The notes: a model not told the origin generated them from the sequence alone. Shown: positions 1 through 8,780, counted from the first letter of the stretch. The stretch: 32,000 nucleotides of DNA from Pseudodesulfovibrio piezophilus C1TLV30 (GCF_000341895.1 NC_020409.1:1620001-1652000), one strand, 5' to 3'. Made by a program: numbers and translations.

Positions 1-1946
1 GTTTCAGCTTTGACACCGGCGGCCTTCAAATTGGCGGCAGTGCCAGCCAACTCGCCCTGGTAACGCATGGCTGCGGGCAGGATGATGGTCTTGGCAATCT
101 TGACGACCAACTGGGATTCGGTCTGAATATGCTGATTGTACTGCTCATGGTAGATTTCACAACGGGAGTGCAGCTCGTCAGCAGACAGGACGCTGTATTT
201 CTCGAAGAGTTCGATGACGTCCTTTTCGATCATGGCGGGCAGCGCATCCGGGGTGGTCTTCAGGTTGGGCAGACCGCGCTTGGCAGCTTCTTTCTGCCAT
301 GCATCAGCATATCCATCGCCATTGAAGACAACATGTCCGTGCTTCTTCATGATACCCTGGATAACCTTCTGACACGCAGCGCTGAGTTTGGAAGCATCAC
401 CCTTGGTGATTTTTTCAATCTCATCGGCAACGAAATCGAGAGATTCGGCCATCATGGTATTCAGGGCTACCTGAGCACCGGCGATGGACTGATCAGAACC
501 GACAGCACGGAACTCGAAACGGTTGCCGGTGAAGGCGAACGGTGAAGTACGGTTACGGTCACCGGAATCCATTGGCAACGGAGGCAGTGTATCGACACCG
601 ACACGGAGCATGCCTTTGGCTTCGGTTCCTTTGAGATCACCCAACTCGATCTGGTTGAAGATCTCTGCCAATTCTCCACCCAGGAAGATGGAAATAATGG
701 CAGGAGGAGCTTCATTGGCACCCAGACGGTGATCGTTACCAGCGCTGGCAACAACGGAACGAAGCAACTTGCTGTATTTTTCCACAGCGCGGATAGTGGC
801 GGCGGTGATAGCCAGGAACTGCATGTTCTCAGCCGGAGTATCGCCCGGAGAGTACAAAGAACCCTGAGTCGGAGTGGACAGGGAATAGTTCAGGTGCTTC
901 CCGGAACCATTGATACCGGCGAACGGTTTTTCATGCAACAGACACGCCATGCCATGACGTTTGGCAACGGACTTCAGAGTGGTCATGATCATCTGATTGT
1001 GATCAGTGGCCAGGTTGGATTGCTCATAGAGCGGTGCGATTTCGAACTGGCCAGGAGCAACCTCGTTATGACGGGTTTTGACAGGCACGCCGAGTTTGTA
1101 GAGTTCCCGTTCGACTTCCAGCATGAAAGACAGAACGCGACGCGGGATGGCACCAAAGTAGTGGTCATCCAATTCCTGCCCCTTGGCAGGTTTGGCGCCA
1201 AACAGAGTCCGTCCGCAGACCATCAGGTCAGGGCGGGCAAAGTAGAAATTACGGTCAAGCAGAAAATACTCCTGCTCGGGACCGGCGTTGGAAACAACCA
1301 TGTTTCCATCATCGTTGCCAAAGAGAGACAGGAAGCGGCGTCCGGCTTTATTAATAGCCTGATTTGCGCGCAGCAGCGGAGTCTTTTTGTCCAGCGCATG
1401 TCCCTTCCAGGAAATGAAGGCAGTGGGAATGCACAGGAAGGTACCATTGGGATTTTCCAGAATGTAAGCCGGATTGGTCAAATCCCAGGCAGTATATCCA
1501 CGAGCCTCGAAAGTCGCGCGCAAACCGCCGGACGGGAAGCTGGAAGCATCAGGTTCGCCCTGGATGAGCAGCTTACCGTCAAATTCTGCAATAGCACCAC
1601 CTTGGCCGTCAGGGGACAGGAAACCATCATGCTTTTCAGCAGTCAGCCCAGTCAGAGGATAGAAAACGTGAGTGTAGTGGGTTGCACCTTTTGCGATGGC
1701 CCACTCTTTCATGGCGGCGGCAATGGGACCGGCGATGGTCGGGTCCATTTCTTCGCCAGCCTGTTTGGTGGCCATCAGAGATTTATATATCTCTTTGGGC
1801 AGCATTGCCTTCATGACCTTGTCACTGAAGACATTGGAACCAAAGACGTCCGTCGGGGATGTCTCTGCAAAATTCAGTGGTTTAACAGTCGGTTGGTAGT
1901 TGGTCACCGCAGCAATGGCGGTCTGACGAGTCTGGTATCCGCTCAT
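1..1946 (-). CDS. glnN: Glutamine synthetase type III (GlnN), first ~648 codons; the 3' end lies outside the window
   Basis: Missing from the ORF track because it runs off the window. My minus-strand translation from ATG 1946 (GGAG 7 nt upstream) stays open to position 1. It reads MSGYQTRQ...[21 protein letters not shown]...[30 protein letters not shown]...[16 protein letters not shown]...[19 protein letters not shown]. These are blocks I recognise from GSIII (Bacteroides GlnN type). Confidence 0.9.
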   Translation of the reverse strand, partial: MSGYQTRQTAIAAVTNYQPTVKPLNFAETSPTDVFGSNVFSDKVMKAMLPKEIYKSLMATKQAGEEMDPTIAGPIAAAMKEWAIAKGATHYTHVFYPLTGLTAEKHDGFLSPDGQGGAIAEFDGKLLIQGEPDASSFPSGGLRATFEARGYTAWDLTNPAYILENPNGTFLCIPTAFISWKGHALDKKTPLLRANQAINKAGRRFLSLFGNDDGNMVVSNAGPEQEYFLLDRNFYFARPDLMVCGRTLFGAKPAKGQELDDHYFGAIPRRVLSFMLEVERELYKLGVPVKTRHNEVAPGQFEIAPLYEQSNLATDHNQMIMTTLKSVAKRHGMACLLHEKPFAGINGSGKHLNYSLSTPTQGSLYSPGDTPAENMQFLAITAATIRAVEKYSKLLRSVVASAGNDHRLGANEAPPAIISIFLGGELAEIFNQIELGDLKGTEAKGMLRVGVDTLPPLPMDSGDRNRTSPFAFTGNRFEFRAVGSDQSIAGAQVALNTMMAESLDFVADEIEKITKGDASKLSAACQKVIQGIMKKHGHVVFNGDGYADAWQKEAAKRGLPNLKTTPDALPAMIEKDVIELFEKYSVLSADELHSRCEIYHEQYNQHIQTESQLVVKIAKTIILPAAMRYQGELAGTAANLKAAGVKAE

Positions 1947-2035
1947 GTAAATACTCCTTCAGGCAAGTAAAAATGGATTTTCCGGCTCAATCCGGGCCAA
2001 AGGGCGCCTGACCCTTTATTATCTAGCCGAAGCTA

Positions 2036-2053
2036 TAACCAAGTTATGTGCCA
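2036..2053 (-). promoter_or_regulatory. Candidate sigma54 (-24/-12) promoter for glnN
   Basis: The minus strand reads TGGCAC-ATAAC-TTGGT. The -24 TGGCAC is perfect and the 12-nt register is correct, but the -12 element is TTGG rather than TTGC. It lies ~90 nt upstream of the glnN ATG. Nitrogen-assimilation genes are classic NtrC/sigma54 targets. Confidence 0.4.
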
Positions 2054-2384
2054 AATGATAATTAAGTAATCATAAAGGCATGTTATAGATTCAGACATCC
2101 TTTTGAAGCATGATAATCATACGAAATTGTAGTTTCCACCCCCTTTTTTCATGGTTTGGCATAACAATTTTGCAAAAAAAAACTTTTATTTCCTTAACTT
2201 GTTGAAATAAATAAGTTAAATAATAACATAAATGGGAACACATCTCTCCAAAAAAGGGAAAATACCCCCTGATATCCACGATTGACACTCTCATGAGGCA
2301 GAGTCTTCCTTGACGAAATGCCACTTTCGCTAAAAAAGGATCACTAAGAGAAGAACTCTTTGCTCTGATGAAGCACAAATCCGT

Positions 2385-3032
2385 CTAAAAAGGAGGTGGC
2401 GAGACAAATTCCATGGGTTGTCGTGTTTTCGGATGCCGAAAACGGAGAATTGAAGCATGTAATTTCAGCTGTCCTGGCGCTGTGCCGGTCCCGTAGAGAC
2501 GATCTCCTACGATGGGGACACCAAGCCCCTTCTTATGGGCAGCGTGGAGCCTGAGCTGATGGGTACGACCGGTCAAGGGCATAAATTCCACACGAGTCAT
2601 TCCATTCTCCACACCAAGCATGCGCCACCGGGTTGTTCCAAGCTTGCCCTTCTCGGGGTCATAAACCTGATATGGGCGATTGTCCGGATCCAGGCGGAAA
2701 GCCAATTCGATAAGACCGGCCTGTTCTTCGACAAGGCCTTCGAGAAGAGCTATATAACGCTTCCCTACCAGGCGGTCCATGAACTGCCCTGACAGTATCC
2801 TGTGCACAGCTTCAGTCCGAGCCATGACGATCAGCCCCGACGTATCCTGATCAAGCCGATGGACGGAAGGCTGATCAATACAATCGGGATACAGCTGTTT
2901 GAGTCGATTGACCACGCAGTCCTGATTGGCCTCCCCTTTTCCAGGAACGGAGAGCAGACCACTCGGTTTTTCGACAACAATAAATAACGGATCTTCGTGA
3001 TGAATATTCAGGCCTTCAGGGACAACAGTCAT
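2385..3032 (-). CDS. RluA-family pseudouridine synthase
   Basis: 215 aa. It has the catalytic HRLDQDTSGLIVMAR block, the GRTHQLRLH block and a C-terminal LHA...F.HP segment, with length and layout like E. coli RluA/TruC. The start ATG overlaps the upstream stop (ATGA). Confidence 0.9.
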   Translation of the reverse strand: MTVVPEGLNIHHEDPLFIVVEKPSGLLSVPGKGEANQDCVVNRLKQLYPDCIDQPSVHRLDQDTSGLIVMARTEAVHRILSGQFMDRLVGKRYIALLEGLVEEQAGLIELAFRLDPDNRPYQVYDPEKGKLGTTRWRMLGVENGMTRVEFMPLTGRTHQLRLHAAHKKGLGVPIVGDRLYGTGTAPGQLKLHASILRFRHPKTRQPMEFVSPPPF

Positions 3033-3811
3033 GTTTCACTCGTCCCGCAGAGCATATGCCCGAGAATCCGCTGGCATTTTTCAGAACAGGCTGAATACAT
3101 GCCGCCGTGCATCCGGCTTTTCGAACGATTTTCCCTGCCCACATAAAATTCGGCCAACCCAAGAGGCTTGAGAGAATGACGGGCGGCGTGGCCGAGAAGC
3201 TTCGGAGCACAACAATCACCCATGCCAGTGGGGATTCCCCCTTCCCCGACAACAACCTCTGACAAGGGCAGGTCTCTGCCGCCAAAGCTCGGAATGGAAT
3301 AGAGCATATGTATATCTTTCATTAAAGCCTGAGATACGCTTTTACGTTTATCAATGAGAGCCTTTCTTTCCGGTGAACCGGCGGGCAACGCCTCGATCAT
3401 CGCGCCGAGCCGTTTGATAAATCGCTCCACCCCGGAACTCATGGCAGCCAATCTGGAGACATCAATCAACGGAGGCACCCAGCCCTCAACATTCCAGATA
3501 CCATTGTACTGCCCTGAAAAAGCCTTGAGCAAACCATACTGCCCGTCCGCATCCCGGCACACGAGCACACCAAACATCTGGCCACGCGCCTCACCATAAA
3601 GGGTCTCCGTCGCCAGGCGAGGATCGGCATCGCTCTCCGGCACGGAAAAATCAATGCGCTTTTCCTTTTCAAGCCTGCGAAACAACTCCCCGGCATATTT
3701 CGCTCCATAGCCCACAACCGTGCTATGGACCGTATCGCACCGAGCACAATACCCCTTTGCCGAAGTGCGGGTGTCAAACACCCCTGCAATTTGAATTGGT
3801 TCCATATGCAT
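3029..3811 (-). CDS. Cys-rich hypothetical protein, possibly a deaminase-like module that is fused to RluA-type synthases in other bacteria
   Basis: The ORF track gives 3029..3853. I prefer ATG 3811 or 3805 (MHMEPIQ...) because the greA terminator hairpin occupies 3819..3844. Cys motifs are CARC, GDCCAPKLL and ACSEKCQRIL. The stop overlaps the RluA start by 4 nt. There is no clear SD. Confidence 0.6.
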   Translation of the reverse strand: MHMEPIQIAGVFDTRTSAKGYCARCDTVHSTVVGYGAKYAGELFRRLEKEKRIDFSVPESDADPRLATETLYGEARGQMFGVLVCRDADGQYGLLKAFSGQYNGIWNVEGWVPPLIDVSRLAAMSSGVERFIKRLGAMIEALPAGSPERKALIDKRKSVSQALMKDIHMLYSIPSFGGRDLPLSEVVVGEGGIPTGMGDCCAPKLLGHAARHSLKPLGLAEFYVGRENRSKSRMHGGMYSACSEKCQRILGHMLCGTSET

Positions 3812-3844
3812 AAAAAAAGACCTCACGAAATGTTCCGCGAGGTC
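3811..3844 (-). terminator. Rho-independent terminator of greA
   Basis: The minus strand reads GACCTCGCGG-loop-CGTGAGGTC followed by TTTTTTTT. It starts 36 nt after the greA stop. Confidence 0.75.
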
Positions 3845-3879
3845 TTTGTACATGGTTTCTTCTCTGAAAAAAAGTGAAA

Positions 3880-4374
3880 TTAATCGAGCTTCAACCCTTT
3901 GGAACCCAGGAATTCAACAGAGAGAATCTCATATTCAATACGCCCGCGAGGAGCCTCGACAATCACCTCTTCTCCCTCTTCCTTACCCAGAAGAGCCATT
4001 CCCATGGGGGACATGACCGATATCGAGCCATTCTTATGATTGGCATCATCCGGCCCGAGCAGCAGGAAGCGACGCTTCTCCTCCGTATCAATATCTTCGA
4101 CTTCGACTGTGGCACCAAAGATGGCCCGGTCACCGTTCAAGGTATCGAGATCAAGGACATCAAACAAAGGCATCCGCGAATTGATATAGGAAATGCGAGC
4201 TTCAAGCATGCCCTGCCGCTCTCGAGCGGCATCATACCCGGCGTTCTCACTCAGATCCCCTTCTTCGCGAGCTTCCTTGATTGCCTGGATGATTGCCGGA
4301 CGCTGCGCTTTGAGGTCCTCAAGCTCCTGCTTGATCTTTTCATACCCTTGCGTGGAGATGGGAATACGATCCAT
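3880..4374 (-). CDS. greA: Transcription elongation factor GreA
   Basis: MDRIPISTQGYEKIKQELEDLK...GDLSENAGYDAA...ISVMSPMGMALLGK matches the GreA coiled-coil and FKBP-like C-terminal domain. GAGG lies 9 nt upstream of ATG 4374. The ORF track's alternative start is 4389. Confidence 0.95.
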   Translation of the reverse strand: MDRIPISTQGYEKIKQELEDLKAQRPAIIQAIKEAREEGDLSENAGYDAARERQGMLEARISYINSRMPLFDVLDLDTLNGDRAIFGATVEVEDIDTEEKRRFLLLGPDDANHKNGSISVMSPMGMALLGKEEGEEVIVEAPRGRIEYEILSVEFLGSKGLKLD

Positions 4375-4575
4375 GTTTTCATACCTCATTTGTAAAAAAA
4401 TATAAAAAAAAGATGCAGATTGCGCGGTGTCTCGGGAAGGGACCGCGCCCCTGCAACCAGTGTCTTCACTCTCGACTCATTGACCGATAAAACATCAGCG
4501 GGCTGCGGTCAAGTCACGAAAGCCGGTCTGTAACATTGGGAAAGGATGTTCACAAGCATACCCCCTTGACGTATC

Positions 4576-4598
4576 TACCTGATTGATTTAGTCAGGTA
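4576..4598 (+). promoter_or_regulatory. Inverted repeat TACCTGA-N9-TCAGGTA, a candidate Rrf2 operator next to a TTGACG -35-like hexamer
   Basis: Perfect 7-bp arms at 4576..4582 and 4592..4598. TTGACG at 4566..4571 lies just upstream. The site is ~70 nt upstream of the Rrf2 ATG (4666), in the greA/Rrf2 divergent region. Confidence 0.4.
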
Positions 4599-4665
4599 AC
4601 CAATATGCATTGAGGGACGGGCGAAAGGGGAATTAACCCACTTCAATAACTAAGCGCAAAGAATC

Positions 4666-5091
4666 ATGAAACTATCTGCACGGTCACGCTATGCAACCAG
4701 ATTACTGCTTGATCTGGCATTGCATAATGACGACACACCGCTTCGGACAACTGTCCTTTCCGAATCTACCGGCATCACGGTCCAATTCATAGAACAGATT
4801 ATCCGGCCCCTGAAAAAAGCCGGGCTTATCAAATCAAAACGTGGAGCGACAGGCGGACACATTCTCGACAAAGATCCCAAAACAATCACCGTCGGAGAGA
4901 TCGTCCGAATCATGGAGGGAGGAATAACCCTCACTGACTGTGTTTCAGATGAGACCGCCTGTGAACGCTCTCCCACCTGCCGCACAAGACAGGTCTGGCA
5001 ACGGGCATCCGAAGTTTTGGAACAGGAATTAGACTCCATCTCCCTTGCAGACCTGATGACCCACCCTAACGACAGTATACTTCTAGATTAA
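4666..5091 (+). CDS. Rrf2-family transcriptional regulator (IscR/NsrR-like, three clustered Cys)
   Basis: MKLSARSRYATRLLLDLA..., a wHTH segment with IKSKRGATGGHIL, and a C-x6-C-x5-C cluster (DCVSDETACERSPTC). Confidence 0.9.
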   Translation: MKLSARSRYATRLLLDLALHNDDTPLRTTVLSESTGITVQFIEQIIRPLKKAGLIKSKRGATGGHILDKDPKTITVGEIVRIMEGGITLTDCVSDETACERSPTCRTRQVWQRASEVLEQELDSISLADLMTHPNDSILLD

Positions 5092-5123
5092 ACCCCACAC
5101 ATTTTCCTCCCTCTCCTGAAAGT

Positions 5124-5158
5124 CGATAATTTCATACTTGCCAAGTATGGAATTATCG
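5124..5158 (+). terminator. Long AT-rich hairpin after the Rrf2 gene (terminator-like)
   Basis: CGATAATTTCATACTT-GCC-AAGTATGGAATTATCG forms 16-bp arms with one G.U pair. It begins 33 nt after the stop, and a T-rich tract (CTTTTTCTTATTATTT) starts ~10 nt downstream. Confidence 0.5.
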
Positions 5159-5323
5159 TAATTACAGACTTTTTCTTATTATTTATGGTTTTAAAAAGAA
5201 GCTGCAGCCCTCACAACTGCGTCATATCTTTCTTGTATCTTCAATTCTCTTTTCTAATAAGCTCCCAATATACCAATTGATATTTTTTTGAAAGGCTCCT
5301 TGACACGTTCCTTGTTTTGGGGT

Positions 5324-5383
5324 TAATCCAGAGTCGCCTAATCCGAATTGATTTAATACGAATTGAGTTAATCCAGATTAATT
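5324..5383 (+). repeat. Four phased 15-bp degenerate direct repeats starting TAAT(C/A)C, just downstream of a consensus TTGACA (5300..5305)
   Basis: The units begin at 5324, 5339, 5354 and 5369: TAATCCAGAGTCGCC / TAATCCGAATTGATT / TAATACGAATTGAGT / TAATCCAGATTAATT. GTTAATCCAGA occurs twice (5322, 5367) and CGAATTGA occurs twice. Confidence 0.6.
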
Positions 5384-5818
5384 CAATTTAGACAAAATTA
5401 GTCTGAATAGGAAGAACGGAGGGCTGAACCTCCGAGTTCGTCGCGGAACTGGAGCGCACTGCTCCGAAACAACATGGCGGTAGCCAATGGCAAGCTCCAA
5501 GCTTCTCCAGCCTGTGACCGGCAGTCTGGACCACAAAGCCCACCAAAGGGTCGAAAGCGGACTCTCCGTTTTCACCCTCTCCAACCATACCGGTTCCCTT
5601 GAGAGTCTTCTCCAGCCCCTCAGCGAGACACTTCTCATGCCCCGAAAGCAGGGGATCGGGTTTTATGACGGAAATCGTGGAGGGTGCGCATCCCCTCGCT
5701 GCACCCTCCACGCCCGTCACATCGGCAGAGCTCCCTCTCCGGATGTTCCAACCAATTGCTGCACCCACACATGCAGTGATTCCCAATAGATCGTCCATAC
5801 GATTGCACAGGAAACTCC

Positions 5819-7438
5819 ATGTCCCACAAGATTATCCTCATAGGAGCGGACCAGCCCGCGCTTGACGCAGTGCTTTCCTACAAACGCACCACACCGGACG
5901 CTACGGCAACCGTCCTCTACCCGGAGTGCAATCCCCTGGCAGAATTTTCGTGCGTGACGCTCGATAGCTTCATGGGGAACGGAATCGACTTTCCCGAGAA
6001 CCTTCGCGCCTGTGCCATAGCCCCTGAAGACAAAACCGTCATGGTCCGAGACAACTTCACTGGCGAGGAATCTCATCTGGAATATGACACACTCATTTTC
6101 GCCACAGGTTCCGCCCCGGCTCCCCTTGATGTCCCTGGCAGTTTTCTCAGCGGGATTCGTCGAGTGGGAGACTATAACGATGCGACACGGCTGACAGCTG
6201 CCGAAGGAACCAACGTGGTTATTGGGGATGGCCTGAATCTGCTTCTCGCCATTGCGCGATTATTGGATGATGCGGTCGGCACCATAGAAGTCATTCCATC
6301 ATCCATTCCGCAAGCCTGCAAGCCTTTGGGCGACGCCATGACCGCCATGGTCCTGCATCATCTGACCCAAAAAGGTGTCATCATACACACCGGGGAAACC
6401 CTCAAGGCAATAGAAGGAACGAACCGGGCAAACCGTGTGTTGACCGACAAAAGAACCATTGAAGCCGCACGAATCATCAATGCGACATCCAATATTCCTG
6501 TCACCTGTATGGTTAAGGACGCGGGGCTCGACCTCGACACAACCGGCCATATTCTGGTGGACGATAACCTCAAGGCAGCCGATTCCATCTATGCCTGTGG
6601 CGGCTGTGCCTCTTTTATCAGCCCGGCCTGCGCCAAACCTATTCCCGGAGCCTCTGTCAAATCGACGGAACCAAGGCAGTCCCGCACCCTGGCAGCATCT
6701 TTGGCGGGCACGTCACAGCCCTTCCACGCGCCTGTCTGTGCTTACTCTATCCCGATGGGTGATATGACCGTCGCTGGCGCGGGGCTTTCCATGGAAGGCG
6801 CAAAAGAATGCGGGTTCACCCCCATGTCTGCCATGGTTGTTCAGTTTGACCGGGCCCATTTCATGCCCGAAGCGAGTCTGATGACTCTGGAACTGGTTTT
6901 TGATGCCCAAACCCGCCGCGTCGTCGGCATCCAGGGACTCGGGCAGTCAGGCGACGCCCTTGCCGGACGCATCAGCGCTGTTTCCGCCCTGCTCGCTTCA
7001 CACCCCACAGTGGAAGATATAGCCAATCTTGAAGTCGCATATTCGCCTCCATTCGCTTCAGCCATGGACATCCTGAATACCGCAGGCAACGTGGCCGAGA
7101 ACATCCTGTCCGGTTCCAACGAGGGCATCGACCCTCTCGAATTCGACACTCTTTGGCAAAACCGAGAATCCAACGAATATTTTTTTCTGGACTGCCGCGA
7201 ATTCGGCAATGCGGAACCCTTCCTGGAGCGGCACCCGCTGCACTGGAACACCATTCCGCAGGGTGAGATAGCCCGCCGTGTAGCCGAGGTTCCAAGAGAT
7301 AAAAAAGTCATCCTCATCTGCAACAGCGGTGCTCGCTCATACGAGGCTCAGGTGTGCCTCAAGGCTGCCGGAATAGAGGATGTCGTCAATGTTGACGGCG
7401 GTATGGTCGCCATCAAGCAATCCGGGGTCGAGATCTAA
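5819..7438 (+). CDS. CoA-disulfide reductase/NADH oxidase-fold protein with a C-terminal rhodanese domain; the dinucleotide-binding motifs are degenerate
   Basis: 539 aa with AGGAA 5 nt before the ATG. It keeps YDTLIFATGSAP and the dimerisation region of the pyridine nucleotide-disulfide oxidoreductase fold. The C-terminal rhodanese carries the active-site loop ILICNSGARS. The N-terminal GxGxxG is replaced by IGADQPA, the second Rossmann motif by IGDGLNL, and the YAxGD motif by YACGGC. Confidence 0.85.
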   Translation: MSHKIILIGADQPALDAVLSYKRTTPDATATVLYPECNPLAEFSCVTLDSFMGNGIDFPENLRACAIAPEDKTVMVRDNFTGEESHLEYDTLIFATGSAPAPLDVPGSFLSGIRRVGDYNDATRLTAAEGTNVVIGDGLNLLLAIARLLDDAVGTIEVIPSSIPQACKPLGDAMTAMVLHHLTQKGVIIHTGETLKAIEGTNRANRVLTDKRTIEAARIINATSNIPVTCMVKDAGLDLDTTGHILVDDNLKAADSIYACGGCASFISPACAKPIPGASVKSTEPRQSRTLAASLAGTSQPFHAPVCAYSIPMGDMTVAGAGLSMEGAKECGFTPMSAMVVQFDRAHFMPEASLMTLELVFDAQTRRVVGIQGLGQSGDALAGRISAVSALLASHPTVEDIANLEVAYSPPFASAMDILNTAGNVAENILSGSNEGIDPLEFDTLWQNRESNEYFFLDCREFGNAEPFLERHPLHWNTIPQGEIARRVAEVPRDKKVILICNSGARSYEAQVCLKAAGIEDVVNVDGGMVAIKQSGVEI

Positions 7439-7526
7439 TCTCCACCCACTCAGCACTGGTCATTATCCCTCTGCGGAGACAGGGGGTTGGAAAATGTATC
7501 TTTAATAACTTTTAAGGAGTCCTAGC

Positions 7527-8762
7527 ATGAAAAAACTGGTTATTCTCGGCGCTGGCGCCGGCGGAACCATGGTCGCGACCAAGATGCGCGAGAAACTGGA
7601 TCCGAAGGAATGGAAAATCACTGTCATCGACCGTGACTGGAAGCATCACTACCAGGCAGGTTGGCTGTTCGTTCCCTTCGGTATCTACAGCCTGGAAGAC
7701 TGCGAAAAACCCAAGGCCGATTTCCTGCACGGCGTCGATTTTGTCCAGGACACCATCGTCAATGTCGATCCCGAGAAGAAGCTCGTCACCTGCCAGGGCG
7801 GCAAGTACGATTACGACTGGATTGTCGTGGCAACTGGCTGTCGCATCATGCCCGACGAAATCGACGGTATGCTCGATGATTGGCGCGGCGATATCCATGA
7901 CTTCTATACCCCTGACGGAGCCATGGCCCTGTTCAAGAAATGGAAGTACATGAAAGAAGGCCGCATTGTTCTGAACATTGCCGAAATGCCCATCAAGTGC
8001 CCTGTGGCACCTTTGGAATTTGTCTACCTGGCCGACTGGTTCTTTACCGTCAACGGTGTGCGCGAAAACATCGAGATCGACCTGGTCACCCCGCTGACCG
8101 GAGCCTTCACCAAGCCTGTGGCCGCCGAGATTCTGGGCCGCGTTTGTGAAGAAAAGAATATCAACGTCATCCCGAACTTCACCATCGACAACGTCAATGT
8201 CGGCAAGAAAGTCATCGAGGACGTCATGGGAGAAGAAGTACCCTACGACCTGCTCGTCGCCATTCCGCCGAACTTCGGCGCCCAGTGCCTGATGGACTCC
8301 GAGATCACTGATCCCATGGGATACATGGCAACAGACAAGCACACCCTGAAGTCCTCCCAGTTCGAAAACATGTACATCATCGGTGACGCAACCAACTGCC
8401 CGACATCCAAAGCCGGTTCCGTCGCTCACTACGAAGCCGACATCGTCGTGGACAACATGCTTCGTGAGATGGACGGCGAAGAAGCCCGTCCCGAATTCGA
8501 CGGTCACTCCACCTGTTTCATCGTTTCCGGTTACGAAAAAGCCTACCTCATCGACTTCAACTACGATGTCGAGCCGCTGCCGGGTAAATACCCATTCCCC
8601 GGTCTCGGACCCTTTGCCCTGCTCGGTGAGAACCACCAGAACTACTGGGGCAAGATGATGTTCAAGTGGGCCTATTTCAACCTGATGCTGAAAGGTCACG
8701 AGCTGCCGCTGGAATCCCAGATGTTCATGGCTGGTAAGATGCGCCACGTGGCCGGAAAATAA
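7527..8762 (+). CDS. Sulfide:quinone oxidoreductase-like FAD-dependent oxidoreductase
   Basis: 411 aa with AAGGAG as RBS. It has an intact ILGAGAGG FAD motif, SQR-family-like Cys contexts (ATGC, IKCPVAPLEF, HSTCFIV) and IIGDATNCPTSKAG. Confidence 0.8.
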   Translation: MKKLVILGAGAGGTMVATKMREKLDPKEWKITVIDRDWKHHYQAGWLFVPFGIYSLEDCEKPKADFLHGVDFVQDTIVNVDPEKKLVTCQGGKYDYDWIVVATGCRIMPDEIDGMLDDWRGDIHDFYTPDGAMALFKKWKYMKEGRIVLNIAEMPIKCPVAPLEFVYLADWFFTVNGVRENIEIDLVTPLTGAFTKPVAAEILGRVCEEKNINVIPNFTIDNVNVGKKVIEDVMGEEVPYDLLVAIPPNFGAQCLMDSEITDPMGYMATDKHTLKSSQFENMYIIGDATNCPTSKAGSVAHYEADIVVDNMLREMDGEEARPEFDGHSTCFIVSGYEKAYLIDFNYDVEPLPGKYPFPGLGPFALLGENHQNYWGKMMFKWAYFNLMLKGHELPLESQMFMAGKMRHVAGK

Positions 8763-8780
8763 CCAGGCGGAGGCACTATC

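Noticed and set aside
729-1970. 413-aa plus-strand ORF (and the smaller ORFs at 129..545, 467..754, 989..1447)
   Set aside because: These are antisense or out-of-frame shadows of glnN. The opposite strand gives an uninterrupted, unmistakable GSIII sequence, while this ORF has an odd Gly/Ser/Arg/Val-rich composition and no motifs.
2148-2166. Plus-strand TGGCAT-N9-TTGCA resembling a sigma54 promoter
   Set aside because: The GG-to-GC spacing is 14 nt instead of 12, and no plus-strand gene lies downstream.
2091-2378. 95-aa minus-strand ORF in the AT-rich spacer between the RluA gene and glnN
   Set aside because: The region is AT-rich. The peptide is low-complexity and rich in Phe, Cys, Ile and Lys, with no SD. 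The region is better explained as the glnN upstream regulatory DNA.
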